32,000 nucleotides of DNA, taken from Corynebacterium amycolatum (GTDB lineage: Bacteria; Actinomycetota; Actinomycetes; Mycobacteriales; Mycobacteriaceae). The DNA lies in assembly GCF_049243625.1 (NCBI RefSeq), contig NZ_CP046975.1; one strand, 5' to 3'. Below the pieces are notes generated by a model, which saw only the letters and a program-made list of their open reading frames with translations, was not told the origin of the DNA and did no database searches. The position numbers and the translations under genes were made by a program. Each line of letters starts with the position of its first letter. Position 1 is the first letter of the stretch. Positions 1 to 9,380 of this stretch are shown piece by piece.

Positions 1-572
1 GTTCCGCAGCTCTGACCCTTGCTCTAGCAGGTTGCTCATCCGACGATAACACTGCTGCTGAGGTGACTGAGTCCGCAACCTCCGCTGCGACCGAGGCTAC
101 TTCTGAGATGGAGAAGAGCGATGCTGCTGTACAGCTGGCCGATGCCTACATCAAGGAAAAGCCGGCTGACAAGGGCATGACCGCCATCTTCGGTACGCTG
201 ACCAACAACACCGATAAGGACATCAAGGTTTCCTCCTTCAAGCTTGAGGGGCTGAAGGAGGGCACGAAGTTCGAGCAGCACGACACCAAGGACGGCAAGA
301 TGTTCGAGGTGCCGGAAGGTCTGACGATTCCGGCTAATGGCGAACTCGTTCTCGAACCGGGTAGCACTCACTTCATGATCATGGACAATGATGAAGCTAT
401 GGATGTGGGAGCTGAGTACAAGCTCGTCATTGAGCTTTCCGACGGCTCTAGCATCACCCAGGACGTTGAGGTTCGTGTCCAGCCGGCGGGCGAAGAGGAC
501 TACGGTAATGACGGTGACCTGAACAACCCAGAGCATATGGGCGGCGGTGAGATGGATCACTCGCACCATTAA
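1..572 (+). CDS. PCu(A)C-family copper chaperone lipoprotein (5' end lies upstream of window)
   Basis: The frame is open from base 3. Residues upstream of the track's GTG read SAALTLALAGCSSDD, which contains a lipobox L-A-G-C (bases 24-35), so the real start is outside the window. The His/Met pattern QH-x6-M-x22-H-F-M is typical of PCuAC/DUF461. There is an extra C-terminal tail HMGGGEMDHSHH. Stop TAA at 570-572. Confidence 0.75.
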   Translation, partial: SAALTLALAGCSSDDNTAAEVTESATSAATEATSEMEKSDAAVQLADAYIKEKPADKGMTAIFGTLTNNTDKDIKVSSFKLEGLKEGTKFEQHDTKDGKMFEVPEGLTIPANGELVLEPGSTHFMIMDNDEAMDVGAEYKLVIELSDGSSITQDVEVRVQPAGEEDYGNDGDLNNPEHMGGGEMDHSHH

Positions 573-670
573 TTCTTGTGACAAGTTGGTCAAGCAATGG
601 CTCGTCGTAAAGCGGGCGTGAGCTCAGGTACGTCGAGGAATTGATTAACTGGATCTAATGGTGGCAGAAG

Positions 671-727
671 CGCTGGAGTTGGCAGGTTATTGCGGCATAT
701 GCATCGAACTCCGGCGCCTTTCTTTTT
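671..727 (+). terminator. Candidate rho-independent terminator downstream of the copper chaperone gene
   Basis: A 10-bp stem pairs cgctggagtt (671-680) with aactccggcg (707-716), including one G-U pair. It is followed by cctttcttttt (717-727). The 26-nt loop is large, so confidence is moderate. Confidence 0.4.
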
Positions 728-858
728 CCGAAAAAGGTTTTCGATACGGTCGAATTGGATAGGCCAGTGGTTGTGTTGAAGCCATTGAAAAATCGTTGGA
801 TTCCCAGCCACCTTATGTGCTCCAGTTTGAAGTAATCAGAAAGGTAAGAGTGCACAAC

Positions 859-2085
859 ATGTCCGAAGGCTTTTCTAGAAGGCGTTTTCTTGGCGGGCTC
901 GGCACCGCCGCAGGAGCTTCAGCGCTCGCCCTGGGGGTGCCGGAAGCCCAGGCGATTGGGTTGGAACGTCCACAGGAAGAGCCGCCGAAACCGCCTTTGC
1001 AGACAGCAACCGTACCTTTTGATGGGGCTCATCAGGCGGGGATTGCGACGCCCGCACAGGCGAATCTATGGCTAATAGCCTTCAACGTAAAGAAGGGGGT
1101 TAATCGCAATCGTCTCCAAAACCTCATGCGTGCCTGGACCGATGACGCTCGCCGAATGACAGCTGGCAAGGCTACTCGAACGGACTTGGAGCCTGAGCTC
1201 ATGGGGAGTCCGGCCAATCTGACTATCACAGTTGGATATGGGGAAAACTTCTTCACAATCATCGATAGGGAAGACCAGAAGCCCGAGTGGCTGGAGGATC
1301 TGCCAAAGTACGTTAACGATGAGCTCCGCCCGGAGTGGAACGGTGGAGACCTGTGCCTGCAGATTTGTGCGGATGACCCGGTAATGGTCTCCCACGCGGC
1401 CCGAATGATGATCCGAAATTCGGGCTCTTATTTGGACGTCCATTGGGTGCAAGCTGGCTTCCAGCACGCCAATGGTTCTAGGCAGGAAGGCGAGACCCCG
1501 CGCAATCTCTTCGGTCAGAAGGACGGTACGGTCAACCCGCGCACTCGTGAAGAATTCGACAAGCAAGTGTGGATTGACAGTGGCCCGGATTGGTTGCGGG
1601 GCGGTACAGCGATGGTTGTCCGCCGTATCGAAATGGATATTCCAGGCTGGGATGTCTTGGACCGCGAAAGCCGCACTGTTATTACCGGCCGAGATATCGG
1701 CACCGGTGCGCCAATTGGAGGTAAGGACGAGTTTGAGACCGTCGACCTGGCGAAGACTGATGAATATGGTCTGCCTCTGACGGATCCGAACAGCCATGTT
1801 GCACTGTCCATGCCTCCGAAGGAGAAACCTAATCAGCGGATTCTGCGACGGGTCTACAACTATGACCTGCCACCGGAACCGAATGGTCGATTCGAGACCA
1901 ACACCGGCCTGGTATTCATTTGTTTCCAGAAGGACCCGTTGGAGCAGTTCAATCCGATTCAGGAGCGGCTGTCCAAGAACGACCGTCTCAATCAGTGGAT
2001 TTTCCACATTGGATCCGCCGTGTTTGTTATGCCGCGAGGAACTTCTGAGGAGGAGTACTGGGCGCAGGACCTTTTCGAGGCCTGA
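859..2085 (+). CDS. Tat-exported DyP-type (EfeB-like) haem peroxidase
   Basis: The ORF track starts at 796, but the internal ATG at 859 gives MSEGFSRRRFLGGLGTAAGASALALG, a twin-arginine signal with an AQA cleavage site. The DyP GxxDG motif is present as FGQKDGTVNP. Length is typical for EfeB/DyP. Confidence 0.9.
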   Translation: MSEGFSRRRFLGGLGTAAGASALALGVPEAQAIGLERPQEEPPKPPLQTATVPFDGAHQAGIATPAQANLWLIAFNVKKGVNRNRLQNLMRAWTDDARRMTAGKATRTDLEPELMGSPANLTITVGYGENFFTIIDREDQKPEWLEDLPKYVNDELRPEWNGGDLCLQICADDPVMVSHAARMMIRNSGSYLDVHWVQAGFQHANGSRQEGETPRNLFGQKDGTVNPRTREEFDKQVWIDSGPDWLRGGTAMVVRRIEMDIPGWDVLDRESRTVITGRDIGTGAPIGGKDEFETVDLAKTDEYGLPLTDPNSHVALSMPPKEKPNQRILRRVYNYDLPPEPNGRFETNTGLVFICFQKDPLEQFNPIQERLSKNDRLNQWIFHIGSAVFVMPRGTSEEEYWAQDLFEA

Positions 2086-2178
2086 GTTTTGACCGTGCGG
2101 TAAAGTGTGTGAACGACTGACGAAGGTCACCAGGTATGTGATTTTCGAAGACACTTTGAAAAGGAGTACACGCACGCC

Positions 2179-4239
2179 GTGTCAGAAGAATTTGCAACCC
2201 CAGCACCGTTTTCCGTGCCCGTAGGAGTTTCTGCGGGCGAGGCGATGAGAGACCTGGGTTTCCCGAACAAGGGCGTTGACGCCATCGTTTGTGTCCGCGA
2301 TCCTGAAGGCAATTTGAAGGATCTGTCCTTTAAGCCAGAAGTGGAAACCGTCTTCGAGCCCGTTCCGGCGAATACTCCGGACGGTCGTGATGTCATTCGC
2401 CACTCTGCGACTCACGTGATGGCTCAGGCCGTGCAGTTGGAGTTCCCTGGGACGAAGCTGGGCATCGGCCCTGCCATCGACAATGGTTTCTACTACGACT
2501 TCCGTGTCGATGAGCCTTTCTCGCCGGAGGATCTCAAGCGCATCGAAAAGCGTATGAAGAAGATCATCAAGTCTGGTCAGCGGTTCGAACGCTTCGCGTT
2601 CGAGTCTGCTGATGAGGCGCAGGAAGCGCTTGCCGACGAGCCGTATAAGCTCGAGCTGATTGTTGAAAAGTCGGCCGGCAAGGTGTCCGAAGATGATGAG
2701 GCCAATGTCGACGTCGGTGGTGCAGGCACGACCTTGACCGGATACCGCAACGTCAATCCGCGTACCGGTGAGACCGAGTGGTTTGATCTTTGCCGCGGCC
2801 CGCACGTACCGACCACCCGCTACATCCCTGCTTTTAAGATCACGCGTTCTTCCGCTGCGTACTGGCGTGGTGACCAGTCTCGCGATAACCTGCAGCGTGT
2901 TTACGGCACTGCGTGGGAGTCCAAGGAAGCGCTAGATGAGTACCTTGACCGCATGCTCGAGGCTGAGAAGCGCGATCACCGCCGCTTGGGCTCTGAGCTG
3001 GATCTGTTCAGCTTCCCAGATGAGATTGGTTCTGGTTTCCCGGTATTCCATGTCAAGGGCGGCATCATCCGCAACGAGATGGAGCAGCATTCCCGTCGCC
3101 GTCATATCGAAGCGGGCTATGACTTTGTGAACACCCCGCACGTAACCAAGGGCGACTTGTTCAAGAAGTCCGGTCACCTGGACTTCTACGCGGATGGCAT
3201 GTTCCCGCCGATGCAGCTCGACGGCGAATATGACGAACACGGCAACTGCACCAAGGCTCCGCAGGACTACTACGTCAAGCCGATGAACTGCCCGATGCAT
3301 AATCTCATTTTTGCATCGCGTGGTCGCAGCTACCGTGAACTTCCGATTCGTATGTTCGAGTTCGGCACCGTCTACCGCTACGAGAAATCGGGTGTTATCC
3401 ACGGTCTGACCCGAGCCCGTGGCTTTACGCAGGACGACGCCCACATCTACTGCACCGAGGATCAGCTGGAAGAAGAGCTCACTAGTGTCCTCGACTTCAT
3501 CATTTCGCTTCTTCGTGACTACGGCCTGGATGACTTCTACCTGGAACTGTCTACGAAGGACGAAAAGAAGTTCGTCGGCTCGGATGAAATTTGGGAGAAG
3601 TCCACGGCAATTCTCCAGCGCGTTGCCGATGCTTCTGGCCTCGAGCTCGTTCCTGATCCGGGCGGAGCCGCTTTCTATGGCCCGAAGATTTCCGTCCAAG
3701 CCCGCGATGCCATCGGCCGCACCTGGCAGATGTCGACCGTTCAGCTCGACTTCAACCTGCCGGAGCGCTTCGAGCTCGAGTACACCGCACCTGACGGCAC
3801 CAAGAAGCGCCCGATTATGATCCACCGTGCGCTGTTCGGCTCCATCGAACGTTTCTTTGGCGTCCTATTGGAGCACTACGCGGGTGCTTTCCCCGCCTGG
3901 CTGGCGCCGGAACAGGTTGTTGGTATCCCGGTTGCGGATGACTGTATCCCGCACCTGGAGGACTTTGCTGCACAGCTGAAGTCTCGTGGCATCCGCGTCC
4001 ACGTGGATACGTCGGATGACCGCATGCAGAAGAAGATACGCAACCACACCCAGGCCAAGGTTCCGTTCATGATTCTGGCTGGTGCCCGCGACATTGAGGC
4101 AGGTGCCGTCAGCTTCCGGTTCCTCGATGGCACCCAGATTAACGGGGTGGCAGTTGAGAAGGCTGTGGACATCATCTGTGATTGGGTTGCTTCGCGGAAT
4201 AACGAACAGCCGAACAAGGAGAATGTCTCTGCTCTCTAG
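2179..4239 (+). CDS. thrS: Threonine--tRNA ligase
   Basis: 686 aa. Contains [15 protein letters not shown] and the class II motifs [11 protein letters not shown] and [14 protein letters not shown] start with SD aaggag at 2161-2166. Confidence 0.97.
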   Translation: MSEEFATPAPFSVPVGVSAGEAMRDLGFPNKGVDAIVCVRDPEGNLKDLSFKPEVETVFEPVPANTPDGRDVIRHSATHVMAQAVQLEFPGTKLGIGPAIDNGFYYDFRVDEPFSPEDLKRIEKRMKKIIKSGQRFERFAFESADEAQEALADEPYKLELIVEKSAGKVSEDDEANVDVGGAGTTLTGYRNVNPRTGETEWFDLCRGPHVPTTRYIPAFKITRSSAAYWRGDQSRDNLQRVYGTAWESKEALDEYLDRMLEAEKRDHRRLGSELDLFSFPDEIGSGFPVFHVKGGIIRNEMEQHSRRRHIEAGYDFVNTPHVTKGDLFKKSGHLDFYADGMFPPMQLDGEYDEHGNCTKAPQDYYVKPMNCPMHNLIFASRGRSYRELPIRMFEFGTVYRYEKSGVIHGLTRARGFTQDDAHIYCTEDQLEEELTSVLDFIISLLRDYGLDDFYLELSTKDEKKFVGSDEIWEKSTAILQRVADASGLELVPDPGGAAFYGPKISVQARDAIGRTWQMSTVQLDFNLPERFELEYTAPDGTKKRPIMIHRALFGSIERFFGVLLEHYAGAFPAWLAPEQVVGIPVADDCIPHLEDFAAQLKSRGIRVHVDTSDDRMQKKIRNHTQAKVPFMILAGARDIEAGAVSFRFLDGTQINGVAVEKAVDIICDWVASRNNEQPNKENVSAL

Positions 4240-4389
4240 AGGTCGCTAACGCTCTCTTATTCGACCGCGTTGTTTTAACTGGTGAACCACGCGTGGTAAT
4301 CCAAAGAAGTTGACCGCGAGGTCGTAAACTACAGCAGAGAAACATATGTGGTCGGGGCTCGAATGGGGCCCGGTTACGCAACGAAGGGG

Positions 4390-5025
4390 ATGGCAGTGAA
4401 TCAGTCGGGAAGTGAAGAGTTGCCTCCGCAGCAGCAGGGCAATGCCGGCCAGCAGGAATCGTCTGATGGCGTATACGTCGACAGCGGTTACGGCGAACCG
4501 GATCGGCTCACGCGCTTATGGGCACCGTACCGGCTGGACTACATCGTCAAGCGTGGTGTGCATAACTCCAAGCCATCCCGTAACCCCTTCGTTGATTTGC
4601 CGAAGCAAAGCGATGAGGAAGCACTCATTATCGCTCGCGGCGAGTGGGTGTACGCCGTTCTGAATCTGTTCCCGTACAACCCAGGGCACCTCATGGTGGT
4701 TCCATATCGCGAAGTCGCCAACCTTGAGGACTTGACCGACGAAGAAACGGCCGAGATGATGCGGTTTGCCAAGCATGCGGTTCGTACTCTCAAATCGGTT
4801 TCGCGTCCGCACGCCGTCAACGTAGGTTTCAACTTGGGCAAGGCCTCCGGCGGTTCGGTTGCTGACCACCTGCACATGCACGTTGTGCCGCGCTGGTCCG
4901 GCGACAGCAATTTCATGACCGTGATCGACGGCACCAAGGTGCTACCGCAGGCGCTTCGTCAGACGCGCGAATTGCTTGCCGACGGCTGGCGTGCCCTCAA
5001 TCAGGAGGATGGGGCAGCATGCTGA
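4390..5025 (+). CDS. HIT-family nucleotide hydrolase/phosphorylase (Ap4A phosphorylase-like, Rv2613c-type)
   Basis: Histidine triad HLHMHVVPRW and LNLFPYNPGHLMVVPY are present. The ATG at 4390 is preceded by gaagggg. The track's GTG at 4348 is an alternative start. The stop overlaps the next gene. Confidence 0.88.
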   Translation: MAVNQSGSEELPPQQQGNAGQQESSDGVYVDSGYGEPDRLTRLWAPYRLDYIVKRGVHNSKPSRNPFVDLPKQSDEEALIIARGEWVYAVLNLFPYNPGHLMVVPYREVANLEDLTDEETAEMMRFAKHAVRTLKSVSRPHAVNVGFNLGKASGGSVADHLHMHVVPRWSGDSNFMTVIDGTKVLPQALRQTRELLADGWRALNQEDGAAC

Positions 5026-5720
5026 GTGTCCGTGGCAGGGCTCCAATCCGCCCAGTAGTTGAACCGGTAGCCGCTGCACTTTTGCGGGTCGGGATTAGCC
5101 CGAACACGGTCACCCTGGTGGGAACTGCAGTTTCCGTTCTGCTTGCGGTAATCCTGATTCCTACCAACCATCTTTTTGCAGCTGCGGTTTCAATCGCTAT
5201 TTTCACAGCTTTTGACCTGCTCGATGGCACGATGGCCAGACTTCGAGGGCAGGGAACGAAATACGGAGCGACGCTGGATGCTTCCTGTGACCGCATTACT
5301 GATGCTGCACTGTTCGGGGCGATAGCGTATTGGGTGGTGTATCACCATGACGCGGATCCAGTGCTGCTTATTCTGACACTGATTACCATGGGGTCTTCCC
5401 AGGTCATTTCCTACGTTAAGGCTCGGGCAGAGGCCAGCGCCCTTAAGGTCAACGGTGGTCTCGTCGAACGTGCGGAGCGCCTGATTATCGGTCTAATCGG
5501 CATTGGGCTCCAGGGGCTTGGCGTGGACTATGTCCTCTACGTCGCGATGTGGCTCCTGGCGATTGGGTCGGTATTCACCGTCGTCCAGCGCTTGTACATG
5601 GTGGCTAAGCAGCCAGGAGCGTTGGATCCCATCGCCCCGCCAGAAGGCGCAGCTGATAGTTCATCTATTAACCCTGACTCTGCTCCGAAGTCCACGGGTT
5701 CGGCTGATTCCTACAACTAA
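5019..5720 (+). CDS. pgsA: CDP-alcohol phosphatidyltransferase, phosphatidylinositol-phosphate synthase type
   Basis: CDP-alcohol motif D-x2-DG-x2-AR-x8-G-x3-D-x3-D is seen as FDLLDGTMARLRGQGTKYGATLDASCDRITD. The protein is multi-TM. ATG 5019 overlaps the HIT stop (ATGCTGA). SD aggagga is upstream. Confidence 0.92.
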   Translation: MLSVRGRAPIRPVVEPVAAALLRVGISPNTVTLVGTAVSVLLAVILIPTNHLFAAAVSIAIFTAFDLLDGTMARLRGQGTKYGATLDASCDRITDAALFGAIAYWVVYHHDADPVLLILTLITMGSSQVISYVKARAEASALKVNGGLVERAERLIIGLIGIGLQGLGVDYVLYVAMWLLAIGSVFTVVQRLYMVAKQPGALDPIAPPEGAADSSSINPDSAPKSTGSADSYN

Positions 5721-5731
5721 AGGAGGATACA

Positions 5732-6634
5732 ATGACTAGTTTCTTCCTGCCTCGCTCTAAAAATGATTTCGTTGCGCTCGGCTATATGGCCGGGTGGAAG
5801 ATTTTTGGTCTGCTGCCGGAACGCGTGGCCTACCGTATCGGCAACATAGCCGCCGATCGTGTAGCAGCAAATCCCGCGACTACCCGCCAGCTTCGCAAGA
5901 ACTTGGCTCGCGTTATGGGCTGCCCACCTGAGGAAGTGCCGCAAGGTCTTATTCGGGCTTCCATGCGTTCCTATCTACGTTATTGGGTGGAGGCATTCCG
6001 GTTGCCCTCCATCGCGTCGCCAGAGTTGGCAGACACAGTCGAGTCCACCAGCGATGGACTCGAACGAGTTGCTGAGGCCCTCGAGGCAGGAGATTCCATC
6101 GTCATCCCGCTGCCGCATTCTGGTAACTGGGATATGGCAGGTATGTGGCTCGTTTCCCGGCATGGCCGGTTCAGTACCGTGGCGGAACGGCTGAAGCCAG
6201 AAGTGCTTTACGACGCTTTCGTGGAGTACCGCGAATCCCTCGGATTCCGCATTCTCCCGCTTACCGGTGGCAAACCCGCGATGCCGGAACTGCAGAAGCG
6301 ATTGGAAGACGGTGGCGTTGTGTGCCTGCTGTCTGATCGTGACTTCGGCGGCCACGGGGTCCCGGTCACTTTTTTCGGCGAGCAGACTACCATGCCGGTC
6401 GGTGCAGCAAAGCTGGCACTGGACACCGGCGCTCGGCTTATGCCCGCGGGCCTGTCCTACACGCGCGATGGCTGGCGTTTTGTAGCGCATCCATTCGTGC
6501 CGACTGAGGGGCGCAATCTAGCTGACATTGTCCAGGACATCGCTACTGTTTTTGAATCTGATATTGCCCAGCATCCAGCGGATTGGCACATGATGCAGCC
6601 ACTGTGGCCAGCGGATAAGAAGAGGTCAAAGTAG
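5732..6634 (+). CDS. patA: Phosphatidylinositol mannoside acyltransferase (HtrB/LpxL-family, Rv2611c/PatA-type)
   Basis: HX4D acyltransferase motif HSGNWD is present. Strong SD aaaggagg lies 5-6 nt upstream. The position between PI synthase and pimA matches mycobacteria and corynebacteria. Confidence 0.88.
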   Translation: MTSFFLPRSKNDFVALGYMAGWKIFGLLPERVAYRIGNIAADRVAANPATTRQLRKNLARVMGCPPEEVPQGLIRASMRSYLRYWVEAFRLPSIASPELADTVESTSDGLERVAEALEAGDSIVIPLPHSGNWDMAGMWLVSRHGRFSTVAERLKPEVLYDAFVEYRESLGFRILPLTGGKPAMPELQKRLEDGGVVCLLSDRDFGGHGVPVTFFGEQTTMPVGAAKLALDTGARLMPAGLSYTRDGWRFVAHPFVPTEGRNLADIVQDIATVFESDIAQHPADWHMMQPLWPADKKRSK

Positions 6635-6636
6635 CC

Positions 6637-7779
6637 GTGCGAATCGGAATGGTGTGCCCGTACTCGTTCGATGTCCCAGGTGGGGTTCAAGCTCACGCGA
6701 TTGACCTGTGTGAGGAGTTCATCCGTCGCGGCCACGAGGTCAGTCTTATCGGCCCGGCTAGCGTGCAGGCGGACGTTCCGGATTTCGTTGTTCGAGGTGG
6801 TGCCGCCATCCCGATTCCGTATAACGGCTCGGTCGCTCGGCTGTCTTTTGGTCCCCGCACGAGCCGTCGAGTCCGCACATGGATTGAGGAAGGTAGCTTT
6901 GACATTCTTCATATCCATGAGCCGAATTCGCCCAGTTTTTCAATGTTGTCGTTAGTAAACTCGGTCGGTCCAATTGTCGCGACCTATCACTCTGCGGCGA
7001 CGGACTCCTTGGCATTGAAGCTGGCCACGCCATTTTTGCGGAAGTACCTTGAACGCATTCGGGGAGGCATCGCTGTCTCGGAAGTGGCACGTCGCTGGCA
7101 GGTTGAGCAACTCGGCGGCGACCCGGTACTCATTCCCAATGGTGTCCGTGTTGGAGATTTCGAGTCCTGTCCGGCCGCCTCATCGTTGCCCGAGATCCCG
7201 CCGCGGCGTGAGGGGTTCTATCGGCTTGTGTTCCTCGGACGCTTCGACGAATCTCGCAAGGGCTTTGACGTTCTGCTCGACGCGCTGCCAGCAATACGTG
7301 CGGAGATTCCACAGCTTGAGGTCTGTGTCGTTGGTGATGGTGATGTCGCGGCAGCTCGTCGTAAAGCGGGCAGAAACGCAGATGTCCTGCATTTCGTCGG
7401 CAGACTCTCGGAGGATGCTAAGGCGTCAATACTCGCCGATGCGGATGCGTACATTGCCCCACAGCGTGGTGGGGAGAGTTTCGGCATCGTGCTGGTAGAG
7501 GCGATGGCGGCGGGTGCGCCGGTGATCTCCAGCGACATCGATGCGTTCAAACTCGTGCTTGACGACGGCCATTACGGGCTTCACTTTGAAAACGGTAACT
7601 CCGTAGACCTTGCGGATGCAGTCGTACGCCTTTTGACGCAGCCAAAGTTGGGGGAGGAGCTTCGCGCACTCGGGCATAAACGGGCTTGGGAATATGACTG
7701 GTCGCAGGTCGCCGACGGCGTTCTGCGTGTGTACGATACGGTGCGCATGGATGGCGAAAAGGTCGTCATTGCGCCATAA
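6637..7779 (+). CDS. pimA: GT4 phosphatidylinositol alpha-mannosyltransferase
   Basis: N-terminus MRIGMVCPYSFDVPGGVQAH and GT4 EX7E region ESFGIVLVEAMAAG are present. GTG start lies 2 nt after the upstream stop. Confidence 0.92.
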   Translation: MRIGMVCPYSFDVPGGVQAHAIDLCEEFIRRGHEVSLIGPASVQADVPDFVVRGGAAIPIPYNGSVARLSFGPRTSRRVRTWIEEGSFDILHIHEPNSPSFSMLSLVNSVGPIVATYHSAATDSLALKLATPFLRKYLERIRGGIAVSEVARRWQVEQLGGDPVLIPNGVRVGDFESCPAASSLPEIPPRREGFYRLVFLGRFDESRKGFDVLLDALPAIRAEIPQLEVCVVGDGDVAAARRKAGRNADVLHFVGRLSEDAKASILADADAYIAPQRGGESFGIVLVEAMAAGAPVISSDIDAFKLVLDDGHYGLHFENGNSVDLADAVVRLLTQPKLGEELRALGHKRAWEYDWSQVADGVLRVYDTVRMDGEKVVIAP

Positions 7780-7832
7780 AGATTTCCGTCGTGGCAGCTG
7801 ATTAAACGCAGCGGAGTGAAAGTGGGTTTTCG

Positions 7833-8336
7833 GTGGACGTAACCGTTCCAATCTGGGTCGTTGTCCTGGTCATTGCGCTGATTGTCGTACTCGTTAGCGG
7901 TTTGGTGGCTTCATCGACAGCGACGCGTTTGAACCGTATGCACATTCGCACCGACTTGGCGCGTTCCTCACTGGAAGCGGCGTTGGGGCGAAGGGCTGCA
8001 GTCGCTCGTGCCGCCTACCCGGAACTCGCCGGCGTAGTGACGAAGGTGGAAGCCACACCACTTCGAGCCAACAACACTGGACAGCGCGCTGACGTGGAAA
8101 ACGAACTGACTAGGAAAATTGTGGCGCTCTATGAGGAACAGCCTGTGGACCGAACGATGGCAATTGAGCTTTCTGACGCCCACACGCGGCTCGAGCTCGC
8201 CCGCCGTTTCTACAATGATGCGGTGACGGATACGAAAGCACTGCGAGCCAGGCCGCTAGTGCGCGCGCTGCGGCTGGCGGGTACTGCACCTGAACCGGAA
8301 TATTTCGATGTTGCAGATGGACTGACAACAGCTTAA
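7833..8336 (+). CDS. Single-pass membrane protein, distantly LemA-like
   Basis: N-terminal TM helix IWVVVLVIALIVVLVSGLV. LemA-like elements include LNRMHIRTDLARSSLEAAL and the C-terminal ELARRFYNDAVTD. The family call rests on pattern memory only. Confidence 0.55.
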   Translation: MDVTVPIWVVVLVIALIVVLVSGLVASSTATRLNRMHIRTDLARSSLEAALGRRAAVARAAYPELAGVVTKVEATPLRANNTGQRADVENELTRKIVALYEEQPVDRTMAIELSDAHTRLELARRFYNDAVTDTKALRARPLVRALRLAGTAPEPEYFDVADGLTTA

Positions 8337-8396
8337 TTGTGGGAAATCCCGCCGTTGTGCTGGAAGTTCGCCGTGTTTTCTGACTCAATGAACAGC

Positions 8397-8440
8397 ACTG
8401 TCTAGTCCAGGCGTTATAGTGTTAAACGACTACAAACAGT
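8397..8440 (+). promoter_or_regulatory. Candidate pdxS promoter (-10 TATAGT at 8415-8420) bracketed by an imperfect inverted repeat
   Basis: The left arm ACTGTcTAGTC (8397-8407) and right arm GACTAcaaACAGT (8428-8440) flank TATAGT. The TTG start of pdxS is at 8476. Confidence 0.35.
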
Positions 8441-8475
8441 CACATTCACCAGTTGTATTAGGGAAGTAGGGTTCG

Positions 8476-9378
8476 TTGAGCACGGTTGAGAACAACTCCG
8501 GGCAGGGCACTGCACGCGTGAAGCGTGGTTTCGCTGAGATGATGAAGGGCGGCGTCATTATGGACGTCGTTACTCCGGAGCAGGCCAAGATCGCTGAGGA
8601 TGCCGGCGCAACTGCCGTGATGGCGTTGGAGCGCGTCCCCGCCGATATTCGCGCAGAGGGCGGCGTGTCGCGTATGTCCGACCCGGACATGATCGAGGGC
8701 ATTATCAATGCCGTCTCCATCCCGGTTATGGCCAAGGCCCGTATCGGCCACTTTGTTGAGGCACAGGTTCTGCAGTCCCTCGGTGTTGACTTCATTGACG
8801 AGTCCGAGGTTCTGACCCCGGCCGATTACTCGAACCATATCGACAAGTTCGACTTCACCGTGCCGTTCGTCTGTGGTGCGACCAACCTGGGTGAGGCTCT
8901 GCGCCGCATCAACGAGGGCGCTGCCATGATTCGCTCGAAGGGTGAGGCCGGTACCGGTGATGTTTCCAACGCTGTGACTCACATGCGCACCATCCGCGCT
9001 GAAATTAACCGTCTGCGTTCTATGGCTCCGGACGAGCTCTACGTTGCCGCCAAGGAGCTGCAGGCACCGTACGAGCTGGTACGCGAGGTCGCTGAGACCG
9101 GTAAGCTGCCGGTCGTACTCTTCACCGCAGGTGGCATTGCAACGCCGGCTGACGCTGCAATGATGATGCAGCTCGGTGCTGAGGGTGTCTTTGTTGGCTC
9201 CGGTATCTTCAAGTCCGGTGATCCGGAGAAGCGCGCCAAGGCTATAGTCCAGGCAACTCAGCACTACGATGATCCGAAGGTCATCGCTGATGTCTCCCGC
9301 GGGCTCGGCGAGGCAATGGTCGGTATCAACGTCGACGAGATTCCGCAGCCGCACCGACTCGCTGAGCGTGGCTGGTAA
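8476..9378 (+). CDS. pdxS: Pyridoxal 5'-phosphate synthase, lyase subunit
   Basis: 300 aa. Contains [25 protein letters not shown] and [15 protein letters not shown] start. Confidence 0.97.
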   Translation: MSTVENNSGQGTARVKRGFAEMMKGGVIMDVVTPEQAKIAEDAGATAVMALERVPADIRAEGGVSRMSDPDMIEGIINAVSIPVMAKARIGHFVEAQVLQSLGVDFIDESEVLTPADYSNHIDKFDFTVPFVCGATNLGEALRRINEGAAMIRSKGEAGTGDVSNAVTHMRTIRAEINRLRSMAPDELYVAAKELQAPYELVREVAETGKLPVVLFTAGGIATPADAAMMMQLGAEGVFVGSGIFKSGDPEKRAKAIVQATQHYDDPKVIADVSRGLGEAMVGINVDEIPQPHRLAERGW

Positions 9379-9380
9379 AA

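Noticed and set aside
1072-2175. 367-aa ORF antisense to the DyP peroxidase gene
   Set aside because: This is a shadow ORF typical of GC-rich coding DNA. The product is Arg/Ser/Leu-rich with no recognisable motifs, whereas the sense strand encodes a clear Tat-DyP protein.
4240-4329. Direct repeat gaggtcgctaac / gaggtcgtaaac and the 12-bp palindrome accacgcgtggt (4286-4297) in the thrS-HIT spacer
   Set aside because: The exact match is only 7 nt, which is chance level in a 150-bp spacer. The palindrome has no loop, so it is not an RNA hairpin. It has no flanking context suggesting a known operator.
8458-9354. 298-aa ORF antisense to pdxS
   Set aside because: The sense strand is an unmistakable PdxS. 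The antisense product has no motifs and an odd composition.
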